The notes under the pieces were generated by a model. The model was not told the DNA's origin and made no database searches. It was given only the letters and a program-made list of their open reading frames with translations. The position numbers were made by a program, and so were the translations under genes. A DNA stretch of 64,000 bases from an uncultured Prolixibacteraceae bacterium (GTDB taxonomy: Bacteria > Bacteroidota > Bacteroidia > Bacteroidales > Prolixibacteraceae): contig CAYOJD010000001.1 in the NCBI GenBank assembly GCA_964404205.1, positions 7,652 to 71,651 of the forward strand, read 5' to 3'. Below are positions 48,416 to 58,491 of this stretch, in pieces. The stretch's first letter is position 1, and every line of letters starts with the position of its first letter.

Positions 48416-49249
48416 ATGTCGCCTTTAACTGAAAAACCGCTGGTTTCCATCTGTATCCCGATATATAACGGCGAGAAATATCTGGCTGAAGCGCTCCTTT
48501 CGGCACTGGCACAAACCTATCGTCCGCTCGAAATTATTCTTTCTGACGACCATTCGAACGACCATTCGCTGACGATAGCCGCCGAACTGCTCTCGTCGGG
48601 CGATATCCCTTTTCAAATCGTCAGCCATCAACCATCAGGAATTGGGGCCAACTGGAACCATTCGATTCGTTATGCTTCAGGCAAATACATTAAATTTCTG
48701 TTTCAGGACGATATTTTGCACCCCAATTGTGTGTCGGAGATGGTGGCTTTTGCCGAAGAGAAGGGTGAACAGGTGGGATTGGTTTTCTGCCTGCGCGAAA
48801 CCTTTGGCGAAAGCACTCAACGGGAAGTGAACCTTGAAGCCGTACAACAACATTTTCCGGAAATTATCGATGGGAAATGGCTAATTGGCCGTTCCGATTT
48901 GTATGCCCAGCCACGCAATAAAATTGGCGAACCCACAGCAGTACTGCTTCAACGATCCGTTTTTGAGCAGATTGGATACTTTGCCGAAAACCTGCGCCAA
49001 TCGCTCGACTATGAATTTTGGTATCGCTGCGCCGCACATTATCAATTGGGATTGATACGCAAAACATTGGTTAAATTCAGGTTGCACAATATTCAGGCAA
49101 CAGCGGTCAACCAAAGGCAGGTAATTTCCGACCGCTACCGGCTTCCGCTGCTTTTGCTGAAAACCCACTGGCCCAACCTTCATCTTAAGGTAAAGACAAT
49201 CCTGATTTACAAAATGATAACAGGCTGGATAACCTGCAAAATATCATAA
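48416..49249 (+). CDS. Glycosyltransferase family 2
   Basis: SICIPIYNGEKYL, LSDDHSND and FQDDIL motifs. The first ATG is at 48416; the track start at 48356 overlaps the previous gene. Confidence 0.8.
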   Translation: MSPLTEKPLVSICIPIYNGEKYLAEALLSALAQTYRPLEIILSDDHSNDHSLTIAAELLSSGDIPFQIVSHQPSGIGANWNHSIRYASGKYIKFLFQDDILHPNCVSEMVAFAEEKGEQVGLVFCLRETFGESTQREVNLEAVQQHFPEIIDGKWLIGRSDLYAQPRNKIGEPTAVLLQRSVFEQIGYFAENLRQSLDYEFWYRCAAHYQLGLIRKTLVKFRLHNIQATAVNQRQVISDRYRLPLLLLKTHWPNLHLKVKTILIYKMITGWITCKIS

Positions 49250-49253
49250 ATAT

Positions 49254-50042
49254 TTATCTCCCTGACAGTTTCCTCACAGCAGCTTGCCAAAGAAAATAGC
49301 ACCAGTTTTCGCAGTCGAGCAAGCGCATTTGCCAAGGCGCAAGGCTACAAACCTGAGCCGCAACCGGCAGTTGTTTTTTCCACTTGCGTGCAATCAACCG
49401 GTTGGCAATGGTATTCTGAGGAGAATAACTGCCACCCGATGAATGGACGATGCGCAGGCGTCTGTCGACAATGGCACGAAAACCTGCAAAATAAACCTGC
49501 AACGAAAAATCGATATCATATCCGTGGAAATCGGTTAGCAGTTCTTCGTCAAAGCGACATTTTTCAACAATATTCTTCCGGGTAAAGAGGAAAACCCCAT
49601 CGAGGCAAACCACATCATCGAAGTCACTGTTTTCGGGATTTGTATCAAATTCCAGATAAGTGCGCTTCCCATTGATTTGATGAAAGATATGTCCTTTCTT
49701 GAAACGGCCAAGTGCTGGACTTTGTCCCCATGCCGACGGATATGAAGATTTAAACTGCGTTCCGGCCACCCCGGTCAACCCCAAATCGGGTTGATGCAAC
49801 ATCGTCTCAACGAGCAGTTTCCCCCAGTTTTCCGTTTCGAACGATACATCGTCGTGTACAAAGCAGCAAAACGCGTATCGGGCACGCGAAACGCCAAGGT
49901 TATATGCCTGGCAAAGCGAATATTTACGGTCATTTTCAATCACGACCAACTCATGTTCAACACCGATAGTGTGAGCGATATTCTCGCTAAACCTGGCCAG
50001 TTGTGTGTCGCTTTTTCGGGTGGAAACAATTATCGAAATCAT
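49254..50042 (-). CDS. Glycosyltransferase, GT2-like
   Basis: ISIIVSTR N-terminus and an acidic FVHDDV motif in GT-A spacing. 262 aa. ATGA overlap with the upstream methyltransferase. Confidence 0.6.
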   Translation of the reverse strand: MISIIVSTRKSDTQLARFSENIAHTIGVEHELVVIENDRKYSLCQAYNLGVSRARYAFCCFVHDDVSFETENWGKLLVETMLHQPDLGLTGVAGTQFKSSYPSAWGQSPALGRFKKGHIFHQINGKRTYLEFDTNPENSDFDDVVCLDGVFLFTRKNIVEKCRFDEELLTDFHGYDIDFSLQVYFAGFRAIVDRRLRIVHSSGGSYSPQNTIANRLIARKWKKQLPVAAQVCSLAPWQMRLLDCENWCYFLWQAAVRKLSGR

Positions 50043-50695
50043 ATTATGCTTTCTCGGGGTTGGGCAACAACGGCAAATTGTTTATGGCGCATATCTTCAA
50101 AACGACCCATCGAGAGGGAAATCACCATTTTCTCTTTCCAGCTTTTACAAGGGCGCAGTCCTTCGTAGCGAACCACCCGATAGCCACATTCGTCGAAAAG
50201 GCGAATGATACTCTTCAGTGTAAAAAAGCGGAAATGGGTCATGTCCAGAATGCCCCCTTCTTCGCGGTAGCGAAAATCTGCAGTTGTTATAATCTCCACT
50301 AAATTACCAATATAACGAAAATTGGGAATAGAGGCCACAATCACCCCGGCAGGCGAAAGCAGCGGTTTTACCAGCCGAACAGCCTGCCACGGGTCGGTAA
50401 AATGTTCGATAACATCGTTAAAAACCACACAATCGAAATAACCCAACGGCAAATCGCCCGACAGCGACATGGCTATAAAATCGCCCACCAAAATCTTGCC
50501 GGCAAATTTTTGCGCTTCAGCTGCCGCTTCGGCATTGATTTCCAAGCCCCAACTCTCTTTGCCGGCGCGGGTCAACAGGTCGAGAAAAAGCCCTTCGCCG
50601 CACCCCACTTCCAGTATTTTTTCGGCATTAGCCGGAATATATTTCAACATCTCCTCGCGGGCCGAACGGTTGAAGTAGTTGGTATTGATTGTCAT
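50039..50695 (-). CDS. Class I SAM-dependent methyltransferase
   Basis: SAM-binding motif I ILEVGCGEGLF and post-I acidic residue. 218 aa. Confidence 0.8.
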   Translation of the reverse strand: MTINTNYFNRSAREEMLKYIPANAEKILEVGCGEGLFLDLLTRAGKESWGLEINAEAAAEAQKFAGKILVGDFIAMSLSGDLPLGYFDCVVFNDVIEHFTDPWQAVRLVKPLLSPAGVIVASIPNFRYIGNLVEIITTADFRYREEGGILDMTHFRFFTLKSIIRLFDECGYRVVRYEGLRPCKSWKEKMVISLSMGRFEDMRHKQFAVVAQPRESII

Positions 50696-50717
50696 GTCGA
50701 TAAAATTACGTTTTGAA

Positions 50718-52196
50718 TCATTTTCGTTTCAGTAGCGATAACCCTTTTTTCCAAATGGCTTGAAAATCGTCCGATACCGGAAGAAAGACCAGCATCAGAC
50801 CGGTTCCCGCCACAATCAAGGTTCCGCGAACCAGAATATCAATCAGAAAATAAAGTTGCGGAATCGGATACTGGACCAGATAGATGGCCATAAAAACCAC
50901 TGCTACCATAACAAATTTCAGGGTAAAGGGTTGCAGCCCGTATTTGACCACCAGAAAGAGATGGCGCATCAGGTTGTTCATCAACAACGCCAGCGCAATA
51001 GCCAGGGCCGCACCGGTGATACCCCAAAGCGGAATAAACAGATAGAGTAACCCCACTACGGTAACCACCAGAATAAGGATAAACCAAAGCGAAACCCGGT
51101 AATATTTAGAATAACCGATAACCAGTCCGTTGGCACCCGTCATCATGTCGAACAAGTACCCTAGCCCAATAAAGAAAATAACCCATTTCGACTGCTGATA
51201 ATCGGGACCCAAAATGGCCAAAATATTATCGATGTTGGCCCAGATACCCAGAAAAAGAAAACCCCCGATAATAAATTGATTGATACAGCTTCTATAATAT
51301 ATCTCCTTGATTTTGGCCATATCATTATTGCTCCAGCCATCGGCAATCAACGTACCGGCAATTTTCAGCAACGGCCGCGAAGGGATAACCACCAGCGTGC
51401 CAAAGTAGAAGGCAATGGTATAAACACCGGTATTGCCCAAATCGAGCATTTGGTTAATCACAATTTTATCGATATTGAAAACCACCAGCGAGCCCAAACC
51501 ACCGATAATGGAGAAGAGCGCCACATCGAAGATCTCTTTTTTTAGCGAAGGATCGATAAAACCCGGCTCGGAACGAAATGTAATTTCTCCCCTGAAAAGC
51601 AGAAAAACAAAAATGACAACCGCTTTAACCGAAACGGCAATGGCATAACCAATAATCAGTTGTTCGAGGTTAATCCATTTAAACATGTAAAGGGCTACTA
51701 CCACAAAAATGAGAAAACGCTGCAGAAATTCCTGAAGGAAGGTTCCCAAAACCGCATCGTAAAGCACCTTGTTGTAGGTATCCAAAAAGACAAATATCAG
51801 CGTGAAAAGGGTTAACGGGATAAGTAGCCAGACATAATCGGCAAAAAGTTCAGACTTCCCAAGGTTGTTCTGGATAAGTTGTTCGCGGAAGATGAAATAG
51901 AGCAACAGAAAAAGCCCAAACCCGGCAATCTGCGGAAGGGTGGCCATCAGCAAAAAACCGTGGTGCCCATCGGCTTTACTCCTAAACCGAGGAAACAGCC
52001 TTGCCGTTACCCCCGGAAGCCCAAGCGACGACAATCCGCCGGTGATGGTCGATATGGCTACCAGCAATCCAAACAACCCAACAATTTCGGGCGTCAGGTA
52101 TTCAGTATAGAAATAGGTGGTGGTAACAAACCCGATGATTACCCCCAAATACGACCATAAACTTCCCTTAACGGTTTGTTTGATAATAATCCCCAT
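50718..52196 (-). CDS. Polysaccharide/oligosaccharide flippase (MOP superfamily, Wzx-like)
   Basis: About 492 aa, almost entirely hydrophobic, with a 12-14 predicted TM pattern. The first ATG is at 52196; the track TTG start is at 52211. Confidence 0.75.
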   Translation of the reverse strand: MGIIIKQTVKGSLWSYLGVIIGFVTTTYFYTEYLTPEIVGLFGLLVAISTITGGLSSLGLPGVTARLFPRFRSKADGHHGFLLMATLPQIAGFGLFLLLYFIFREQLIQNNLGKSELFADYVWLLIPLTLFTLIFVFLDTYNKVLYDAVLGTFLQEFLQRFLIFVVVALYMFKWINLEQLIIGYAIAVSVKAVVIFVFLLFRGEITFRSEPGFIDPSLKKEIFDVALFSIIGGLGSLVVFNIDKIVINQMLDLGNTGVYTIAFYFGTLVVIPSRPLLKIAGTLIADGWSNNDMAKIKEIYYRSCINQFIIGGFLFLGIWANIDNILAILGPDYQQSKWVIFFIGLGYLFDMMTGANGLVIGYSKYYRVSLWFILILVVTVVGLLYLFIPLWGITGAALAIALALLMNNLMRHLFLVVKYGLQPFTLKFVMVAVVFMAIYLVQYPIPQLYFLIDILVRGTLIVAGTGLMLVFLPVSDDFQAIWKKGLSLLKRK

Positions 52197-52465
52197 CAAT
52201 TTGTTTTTCAATAATTTGAAAGTATATAGATTTCCGGTTAAGGCATCATCTATTCAACAAAGATAATCTCAATCGACAATTAACCGATACCCAAACCCAA
52301 TTTCATCTGACCAAATCAACAATCGGCATCGCCAATAGTAACACTCACCCTGAATGTTGGGATTCAATCGCGGTGCAATCAAATCGGTAATGGCGCTAAC
52401 ACTCAAACGAAGGTTGTCCGAAAGGTTGGTGCATCATTCATCTAAACCCTATTCCGAACCAAATC

Positions 52466-52520
52466 AACTCCGCATCAACTCCGCACTAACTCCGCACTAA
52501 CTCCGCATCAACTCCGCATA
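52466..52520. repeat. Five-unit 11-bp tandem array AACTCCGCA(YN)
   Basis: Units are AACTCCGCATC, AACTCCGCACT, AACTCCGCACT, AACTCCGCATC, AACTCCGCATA. The 8-bp core AACTCCGC is invariant and only the 3-bp linker varies. It lies in a region about 610 bp long with no listed ORF. Confidence 0.95.
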
Positions 52521-52771
52521 GCGTCTCCTTCAATGGCGAGTAACCGGGAAGCAGATATGGATTTTGATTCGATATAATTTTGAGATTAACCGTTTTTAAA
52601 GTTTGGTCGGGAGCCGGATAACCACATGGGCAATATTTGGGATGATGATATAAAACTGGACGAGCAAGAGCGTAACAGGTAAAAGCAACCTGAAAACAGC
52701 TAAAGCCGAATATCCTGTAACTCCATTACTGATTGGTGGTGACGACACCATTCCTGCTGATAAAAATTATG

Positions 52772-52779
52772 TATTTTTG
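52772..52779 (+). promoter_or_regulatory. Candidate -7 promoter box (TAttTTTG) upstream of the YfhO-family gene
   Basis: Perfect TAnnTTTG match, 27 nt upstream of the ATG at 52806. Confidence 0.45.
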
Positions 52780-52805
52780 CCCATAAATATTGAACAGTGA
52801 ATGTT

Positions 52806-55277
52806 ATGAATAACTTTTCGATGAAGAAGTTTTTACCTCACCTCGCCGCAATTCTACTTTTTCTGCTGCTACCCGTTATCTACTTTTCGCCGGCTCTCGA
52901 AGGGAAAAAGCTGAACCAACACGACACCAACACCTACATTGGCATGTCGAAAGAGATAAACGATTATAATGCTACGCACGATGATGTGGCCCTCTGGACC
53001 AACTCGATGTTTGGCGGTATGCCGGCTTACCTGATTGGTGTCCCTTCGTTCTCGCTGGTTACCCCAATCTATAAACTGACCAACCTGTTCGACTGGCGAC
53101 CAGTAAGTTTTGTTTTTCTTTATCTGATTGGTTTTTACATTGCACTGCTGCTATTTAATATCAATCCCTGGCTGGCCATTGTAGGAGCCCTGGCATTCGG
53201 CTTTTCCTCCTATAATTTTATCATCATTGCCGCCGGGCACAACTCGAAAGCAATTGCCATTGGTTATATGGCACCGCTGATTGCCGGCCTATACCATGCA
53301 CTGAAAAAAGATTTATGGAAAGGGAGTATCATTTTTGCCCTCTTCCTGGCTTTGCAGGTCTATGCCAACCACCTGCAAATAACCTACTATACGTTGCTGA
53401 CGATTTTGGTGATGGGCCTCACTGAACTTTGGTTTGCCTTTCGCGAAAAGCGGTTACCCGAATTCCTGAAACGCTCGGCTATCATTTTTGCCTTCGCCTT
53501 GCTGGCCGTGGCAGCCAATACCGAAAGGCTTTGGACCACTTACGAATATGGCAATTTCTCCATTCGTGGAAAATCTGATTTGACACACAATCAACAGAAC
53601 CAAACTTCTGGTCTCGATAAAGATTATGCCACTGGATGGAGCTACGGTATCGATGAATCGTTCACGCTGTTGGTACCCAATTTCAAAGGCGGCTCATCAA
53701 CGGTAGGTTTTGGGCAGGATTCAGAAACGGCGAAAGCCTTAAAAGCCAATAATGTACCCAATGCCAATCAGTTGGTTAAGCAGTTGCCCGGCTACTGGGG
53801 CGACCAGCCCGGCACCTCAGGGCCGGTCTATGCCGGAGCTGTTATTGTTTTCCTTTTTGTTTTGGGATTGTTTCTGGTCAAAGGCCCCTTCCGCATCTGG
53901 ATTGCAGTGGCAACCTTACTTTCGCTGATGCTTTCATGGGGACATAACTTCATGGCCCTTACCGACTTTTTTCTCGATTATGTACCCGGTTACAACAAGT
54001 TTAGGACCGTTTCGATGATTCTGGTTATTGCCAGCTTTACCCTGCCACTGATGGCCATTTATGTGCTCGAGCAAATCTTTAGCGGAAAAGCAGAGACACA
54101 GAACTGGAAGAAAGCCTTGGGCTATAGTGTACTGATCACGGCTGGCCTGTCGCTTGTTTTTGCCATTATACCCGGTATCTCAGGGTCGTTTACTTCAGTT
54201 AGTGATTCGCGTCTGCCCGAATGGCTGCACCAGAGTCTGGCCGGCGATCGCGAACAACTGCTTAGGAGCGACGCTTTCCGCTCGGCCATTTTCATCTTGC
54301 TAAGCGCCGCCGCTTTGTGGGCCTTTCTGTCGAAAAAAATCAAACTATCAACCGTTTTACCGGCTTTGGGTCTTCTCATCTTGCTGGATTTGTGGATGGT
54401 CGACCGCCGATACCTGAACAACGACAACTTTGTACCTGCTCGCGAAGCTGCCGTTCCTTATGCACCATCGGTGGCCAATCAGGAGATTTTGACAGATAAA
54501 GCTCCCGGTTACAGGGTGTTGAATATGACCGTCGATCCCTTTTCAGATGCTTCTACCTCCTATTATCACCATTCGGTTGGTGGTTATCACGGAGCCAAGA
54601 TGAGACGCTATCAGGAGTTAATTGATTTTCATATCTCGAAAGAGATGCAACTGATTGCCCAGCGTTTCAACAGCCTGAAATCGCTCGATAACATCGATAC
54701 CGTCTTTACTGGATTGAATGCCTTAAATATGCTGAATACCAGATACCTGATAGTCAACCCCTCGGCTGCGCCGGTCCAAAACAACCATGCGTTGGGAAGT
54801 GCCTGGCTGGTTCATGAGTATCGCACGGTTGAAAATGCCGATCAAGAAATAGCAGCGCTGGGAACCATTAATCCGGCTAACGAGATTGTTGTGAATAAGA
54901 TATTCGAAACCCAATCGAACGGGAAAACATTTGTGGCCGATTCAACCGCTTTTATAGCGTTAAAATCGTATGCCCCTAACCAATTGGTTTATCACTTTTC
55001 GGGAAAGAGCGAACAAATAGCCGTTTTCTCAGAAATATACTATCCCAAAGGTTGGAATGCTTATGTGAACAACCAGCAAATTGCACATTTTCAGGCAAAT
55101 TATCTGTTGCGCGCAGCCCTCCTTGCTCCGGGCGATTACGATATTGAATTTCGCTTCGAACCGCAGTCGTTCTACACCGGCCGTAAAATCGCAATGGTTA
55201 GTTCGGTAATTCTGGTACTTTTACTGGCAGGAATTTTATTTGGAGGTAGCATTTTGAATAAAAAACCAATAATTTAG
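52806..55277 (+). CDS. YfhO-family integral membrane protein (GT-C-like)
   Basis: About 823 aa. N-terminal FSPALEGKKLNQHDTNTYIGMSKEINDY...LWTNSMFGGMPAY, characteristic of Bacteroidota YfhO proteins. Many TM segments and a C-terminal soluble domain plus a final TM. Confidence 0.8.
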   Translation: MNNFSMKKFLPHLAAILLFLLLPVIYFSPALEGKKLNQHDTNTYIGMSKEINDYNATHDDVALWTNSMFGGMPAYLIGVPSFSLVTPIYKLTNLFDWRPVSFVFLYLIGFYIALLLFNINPWLAIVGALAFGFSSYNFIIIAAGHNSKAIAIGYMAPLIAGLYHALKKDLWKGSIIFALFLALQVYANHLQITYYTLLTILVMGLTELWFAFREKRLPEFLKRSAIIFAFALLAVAANTERLWTTYEYGNFSIRGKSDLTHNQQNQTSGLDKDYATGWSYGIDESFTLLVPNFKGGSSTVGFGQDSETAKALKANNVPNANQLVKQLPGYWGDQPGTSGPVYAGAVIVFLFVLGLFLVKGPFRIWIAVATLLSLMLSWGHNFMALTDFFLDYVPGYNKFRTVSMILVIASFTLPLMAIYVLEQIFSGKAETQNWKKALGYSVLITAGLSLVFAIIPGISGSFTSVSDSRLPEWLHQSLAGDREQLLRSDAFRSAIFILLSAAALWAFLSKKIKLSTVLPALGLLILLDLWMVDRRYLNNDNFVPAREAAVPYAPSVANQEILTDKAPGYRVLNMTVDPFSDASTSYYHHSVGGYHGAKMRRYQELIDFHISKEMQLIAQRFNSLKSLDNIDTVFTGLNALNMLNTRYLIVNPSAAPVQNNHALGSAWLVHEYRTVENADQEIAALGTINPANEIVVNKIFETQSNGKTFVADSTAFIALKSYAPNQLVYHFSGKSEQIAVFSEIYYPKGWNAYVNNQQIAHFQANYLLRAALLAPGDYDIEFRFEPQSFYTGRKIAMVSSVILVLLLAGILFGGSILNKKPII

Positions 55278-55302
55278 AGCCAAGCACTCATCGACCAATT
55301 TT

Positions 55303-56181
55303 ATGGTAAAAAAAAGGCAGAAACAGGTGAAGAAAAGCCTTTGGGGCTCCTACTTCACCACCACGTTAAGCATATCGCTTATCCTATTTCTTTTCGGCTT
55401 GCTGGGGCTGCTCATCATCAATGCCCAGCGGTTATCCGACTATGTGATGGAGAATATCGGCGTGACATTGATACTCAAACCCGATGCCCGCGATGTGGAT
55501 GTTATCAGGCTACAGAAAAACCTTGAAGCCACTGACTTTATTAAATCGACCCGATTTGTCGATAAAGAGAGTGCGGCAGCCGAGCTTAAAGGCGAGCTGG
55601 GAGAAGACTTTGTCAGCCTGCTTGGCTACAACCCATTGCTTTCATCGATTGATGTCAAGGTGTATGCCGCCTATTCGAATCCCGACAGCCTCACTATGCT
55701 GGAGAAAAAATTTACAGCCTATCCCGAAGTCCAGGAAGTTTATTATCAGCGGAACCTTGTTAAGCAATTGAATGCCAATGTCAAGAAAATCAGTTTTATT
55801 CTTCTGGCACTTGGCGGTTTGATGTTTATTATTTTCACGGCCCTTATTCACAATACCATACGGCTCTCGATATATTCCAAACGATTCTTAATCAATACCA
55901 TGCAACTGGTCGGGGCAACAAGGTCATTTATACGCCGTCCGTTTGTGGCGAAGGGAATTCTTCACGGAATTTACGGTGCCATCATTGCCTGTTTTATGCT
56001 GCTGGCCCTTTTCTTTTCGTATCAGGTTGAATTGAAAGATTTTATCAATTTTCAGGATTCAACATCGCTTATTCTGTTGGTCGCCTCCATTTTCTTGTTC
56101 GGAATATTCATTACCGGCCTATCTACCTATTTTGCAGTCAATAAATTTTTACGAATGAAGTTTGATCAGCTCTTTTATTGA
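55303..56181 (+). CDS. ftsX: Cell division protein FtsX (permease-like)
   Basis: 292 aa. One N-terminal TM, an extracytoplasmic loop domain and three C-terminal TMs. Followed by a DUF3098 gene, as is usual in Bacteroidota. Confidence 0.8.
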   Translation: MVKKRQKQVKKSLWGSYFTTTLSISLILFLFGLLGLLIINAQRLSDYVMENIGVTLILKPDARDVDVIRLQKNLEATDFIKSTRFVDKESAAAELKGELGEDFVSLLGYNPLLSSIDVKVYAAYSNPDSLTMLEKKFTAYPEVQEVYYQRNLVKQLNANVKKISFILLALGGLMFIIFTALIHNTIRLSIYSKRFLINTMQLVGATRSFIRRPFVAKGILHGIYGAIIACFMLLALFFSYQVELKDFINFQDSTSLILLVASIFLFGIFITGLSTYFAVNKFLRMKFDQLFY

Positions 56182-56218
56182 TCTATCTTTGCGGGTTACA
56201 AATATAATCGTATCATAC

Positions 56219-56473
56219 ATGGCAAAAAAAGTCGAAAACACTGATGAGAAAGCTTTTGCATTAGGCAAAGAAAACCTGAAGCTGCTTGTTATTGGGTTTT
56301 TTATCATCATTGTTGGATTTCTTCTGATGATTGGAGGAGGAAGCGATGACCCCAACGTTTTTAACAAGGAAATTTTCAGTTTCAGAAGGATTACGCTTGC
56401 TCCTATTGTCGTATTGTTTGGTTTTCTTTTTGAAATCTATGCAATTATGAAAAAACCAAAGTCGGACGAGTGA
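56219..56473 (+). CDS. DUF3098 small membrane protein
   Basis: 84 aa from the ATG at 56219. Two TM segments (LLVIGFFIIIVGFLLMIGG, LAPIVVLFGFLFEIYAIM). Conserved position after ftsX. Confidence 0.65.
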   Translation: MAKKVENTDEKAFALGKENLKLLVIGFFIIIVGFLLMIGGGSDDPNVFNKEIFSFRRITLAPIVVLFGFLFEIYAIMKKPKSDE

Positions 56474-56612
56474 TTGTCAGTGCTACAAGAATTGAATCGC
56501 AATATTCAGCAACGATTTAGAAAAACAGTAAATAACTGTTTGCTTTCGTCCCAACTTCTCCGACAACCGGGTGAAATAGAATCAATACAACCGTCTCGTT
56601 ATCAGTTAGCCG

Positions 56613-57362
56613 ATGCAGATTGACCCAAATAAATTTAATTTTCAGGCAGGAGAGATTCTGGTTTTTGACAAGCCGCTCGATTGGACCTCGTTCGATCTGG
56701 TCAACAAAGTCAGACATCATGTGTGCAAACGAATGCACATCAAAAAACTAAAGGTAGGCCATGCCGGTACCCTGGATCCGAAAGCCACCGGGTTAATGGT
56801 AATATGTACCGGTAAGGTAACAAAGGATATCGATTTCATTCAGGCCGCAGAAAAAGAGTATATTGCCACCTTAAAAATTGGTGCAACAACTCCGTCATTC
56901 GATCTGGAAACAGAGGAAGATCAGATATTTGAAGCTTCGCATATCGATGAAAAATTGATTCGTGAAGTTTTATTGCAATTCATTGGAACAATAGAACAGG
57001 TTCCTCCCGGGTTTTCGGCCATCAAAGTCGACGGGAAAAGAGCCTACGAATTGGCAAGAAAAGGGAAAGCGCTTGAACTCAAAGCGAAAACACTTGTTAT
57101 TAAGGAAATCGAATTGCTTGAATACACAGCCCCTGAAGCAAAGCTCAGGATTGTATGCAGCAAGGGAACATATATCAGGGCTTTGGCGCGCGACATTGGT
57201 TATGCCCTTGGGAGCGGTGCCTATCTTACAGGGCTAATCCGGACTAGAGTTGGAGATTATACACTGGACAGCGCCTGGCAAATCTCAGACTTTATGGACG
57301 AAGTATCAGCTTTTGCACGAATAGATCGTCAGGAAAATGAAGAAACAAATAAAACAGCATAA
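56613..57362 (+). CDS. truB: tRNA pseudouridine(55) synthase
   Basis: [13 protein letters not shown] and the catalytic-Asp block GHAGTLDP. 249 aa. Confidence 0.9.
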   Translation: MQIDPNKFNFQAGEILVFDKPLDWTSFDLVNKVRHHVCKRMHIKKLKVGHAGTLDPKATGLMVICTGKVTKDIDFIQAAEKEYIATLKIGATTPSFDLETEEDQIFEASHIDEKLIREVLLQFIGTIEQVPPGFSAIKVDGKRAYELARKGKALELKAKTLVIKEIELLEYTAPEAKLRIVCSKGTYIRALARDIGYALGSGAYLTGLIRTRVGDYTLDSAWQISDFMDEVSAFARIDRQENEETNKTA

Positions 57363-57373
57363 TTTCATCAACT

Positions 57374-58423
57374 ATGAAACTTTCAAAATTTAAGTACAAT
57401 CTCCCGGAAGAACTTATCGCTCTTCATCCGGCCAAAAACAGGGATGAATCGCGCTTACTGGTTTTACATCGAAACTCTGGCAAGATTGAGCACAAGATGT
57501 TCAAAGATGTGATTGACTACTTCGATGATAAAGATGTTATGGTATTTAACAATACCAAAGTTTTTCCCGCACGTTTGTACGGTAACAAAGAAAAAACAGG
57601 AGCACAAATTGAGGTGTTTTTGCTTCGTGAGCTTAACCGCGAACAGCGTCTTTGGGATGTTTTGGTTGACCCGGCACGCAAAATAAGAATTGGAAATAAG
57701 CTCTATTTTGGAGAAAACGATCTTTTGGTTGCCGAAGTGATCGACAATACGACCTCTCGCGGACGTACATTACGGTTCCTGTTCGATGGCAGTTATGAAG
57801 AATTTAAAGAAACGCTCTACTCTCTGGGCGAAACGCCACTTCCAAAAACCATTAATCGCCCAGTTGAGGAGGAAGATGCAGAGCGATACCAAACTATTTT
57901 TGCCAAACACGAAGGTGCTGTTGCCGCCCCTACAGCCGGTTTGCATTTCAGCCGAGAGCTACTCAAAAGGTTGGAAATTAAAGGTATTGACTTTGCAGAA
58001 ATTACCCTTCATGTTGGATTGGGAAATTTTAGAAGCGTAGATGTTGAAGATTTGACCAAGCACAAAATGGACTCAGAGCAGATTTGGATCCGCGATGAAG
58101 CTGTTTCGATTGTCAATCAGGCAAAAGAAGAAAAGCATCGCGTTTGTGCTGTCGGGACTACCGTTATGCGGACGCTCGAAAGCTCTGTTTCGACCAACGG
58201 AATGCTTAAGCCTTACGAAGGTTGGACCAACAAGTTTATTTTCCCGCCTTACGAATTCAGTGTGGCCGACAGTATGATATCGAACTTCCATTTGCCGCTC
58301 TCAACATTGCTGATGATGGTTTCGGCTTTTGCAGGATACGATAATTTGATGGCCGCCTATAAAGCAGCCATCAAAGAAAAATATCGTTTTGGCACCTATG
58401 GTGATGCGATGTTAATCATTTGA
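57374..58423 (+). CDS. queA: S-adenosylmethionine:tRNA ribosyltransferase-isomerase
   Basis: [17 protein letters not shown]-terminus, AAPTAGLHF block and C-terminal [12 protein letters not shown]. 349 aa. Confidence 0.9.
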   Translation: MKLSKFKYNLPEELIALHPAKNRDESRLLVLHRNSGKIEHKMFKDVIDYFDDKDVMVFNNTKVFPARLYGNKEKTGAQIEVFLLRELNREQRLWDVLVDPARKIRIGNKLYFGENDLLVAEVIDNTTSRGRTLRFLFDGSYEEFKETLYSLGETPLPKTINRPVEEEDAERYQTIFAKHEGAVAAPTAGLHFSRELLKRLEIKGIDFAEITLHVGLGNFRSVDVEDLTKHKMDSEQIWIRDEAVSIVNQAKEEKHRVCAVGTTVMRTLESSVSTNGMLKPYEGWTNKFIFPPYEFSVADSMISNFHLPLSTLLMMVSAFAGYDNLMAAYKAAIKEKYRFGTYGDAMLII

Positions 58424-58440
58424 TGTTAAACAAATTGCAT

Positions 58441-58480
58441 AAATAACAAAGGCCGGAAAATTCCGGCCTTTGTTATTTTT
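58441..58480. terminator. Bidirectional intrinsic terminator between queA and efp
   Basis: Arms AAATAACAAAGGCCGG (58441-58456) and CCGGCCTTTGTTATTT (58463-58478), with flanking T/A runs. It lies between convergent stops at 58423 and 58492. Confidence 0.75.
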
Positions 58481-58491
58481 CGCTGACAATA

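Noticed and set aside
52197-52805. Decayed pseudogene or known structured RNA (tmRNA, RNase P, SRP, 6S) in the long intergenic region
   Set aside because: Translating the plus-strand frames by eye gave only short stop-interrupted peptides with no familiar motif, and no ORF of 60 aa or more is listed on either strand. I could not find the conserved cores of these RNAs by eye. This is left as an open finding rather than a called feature.
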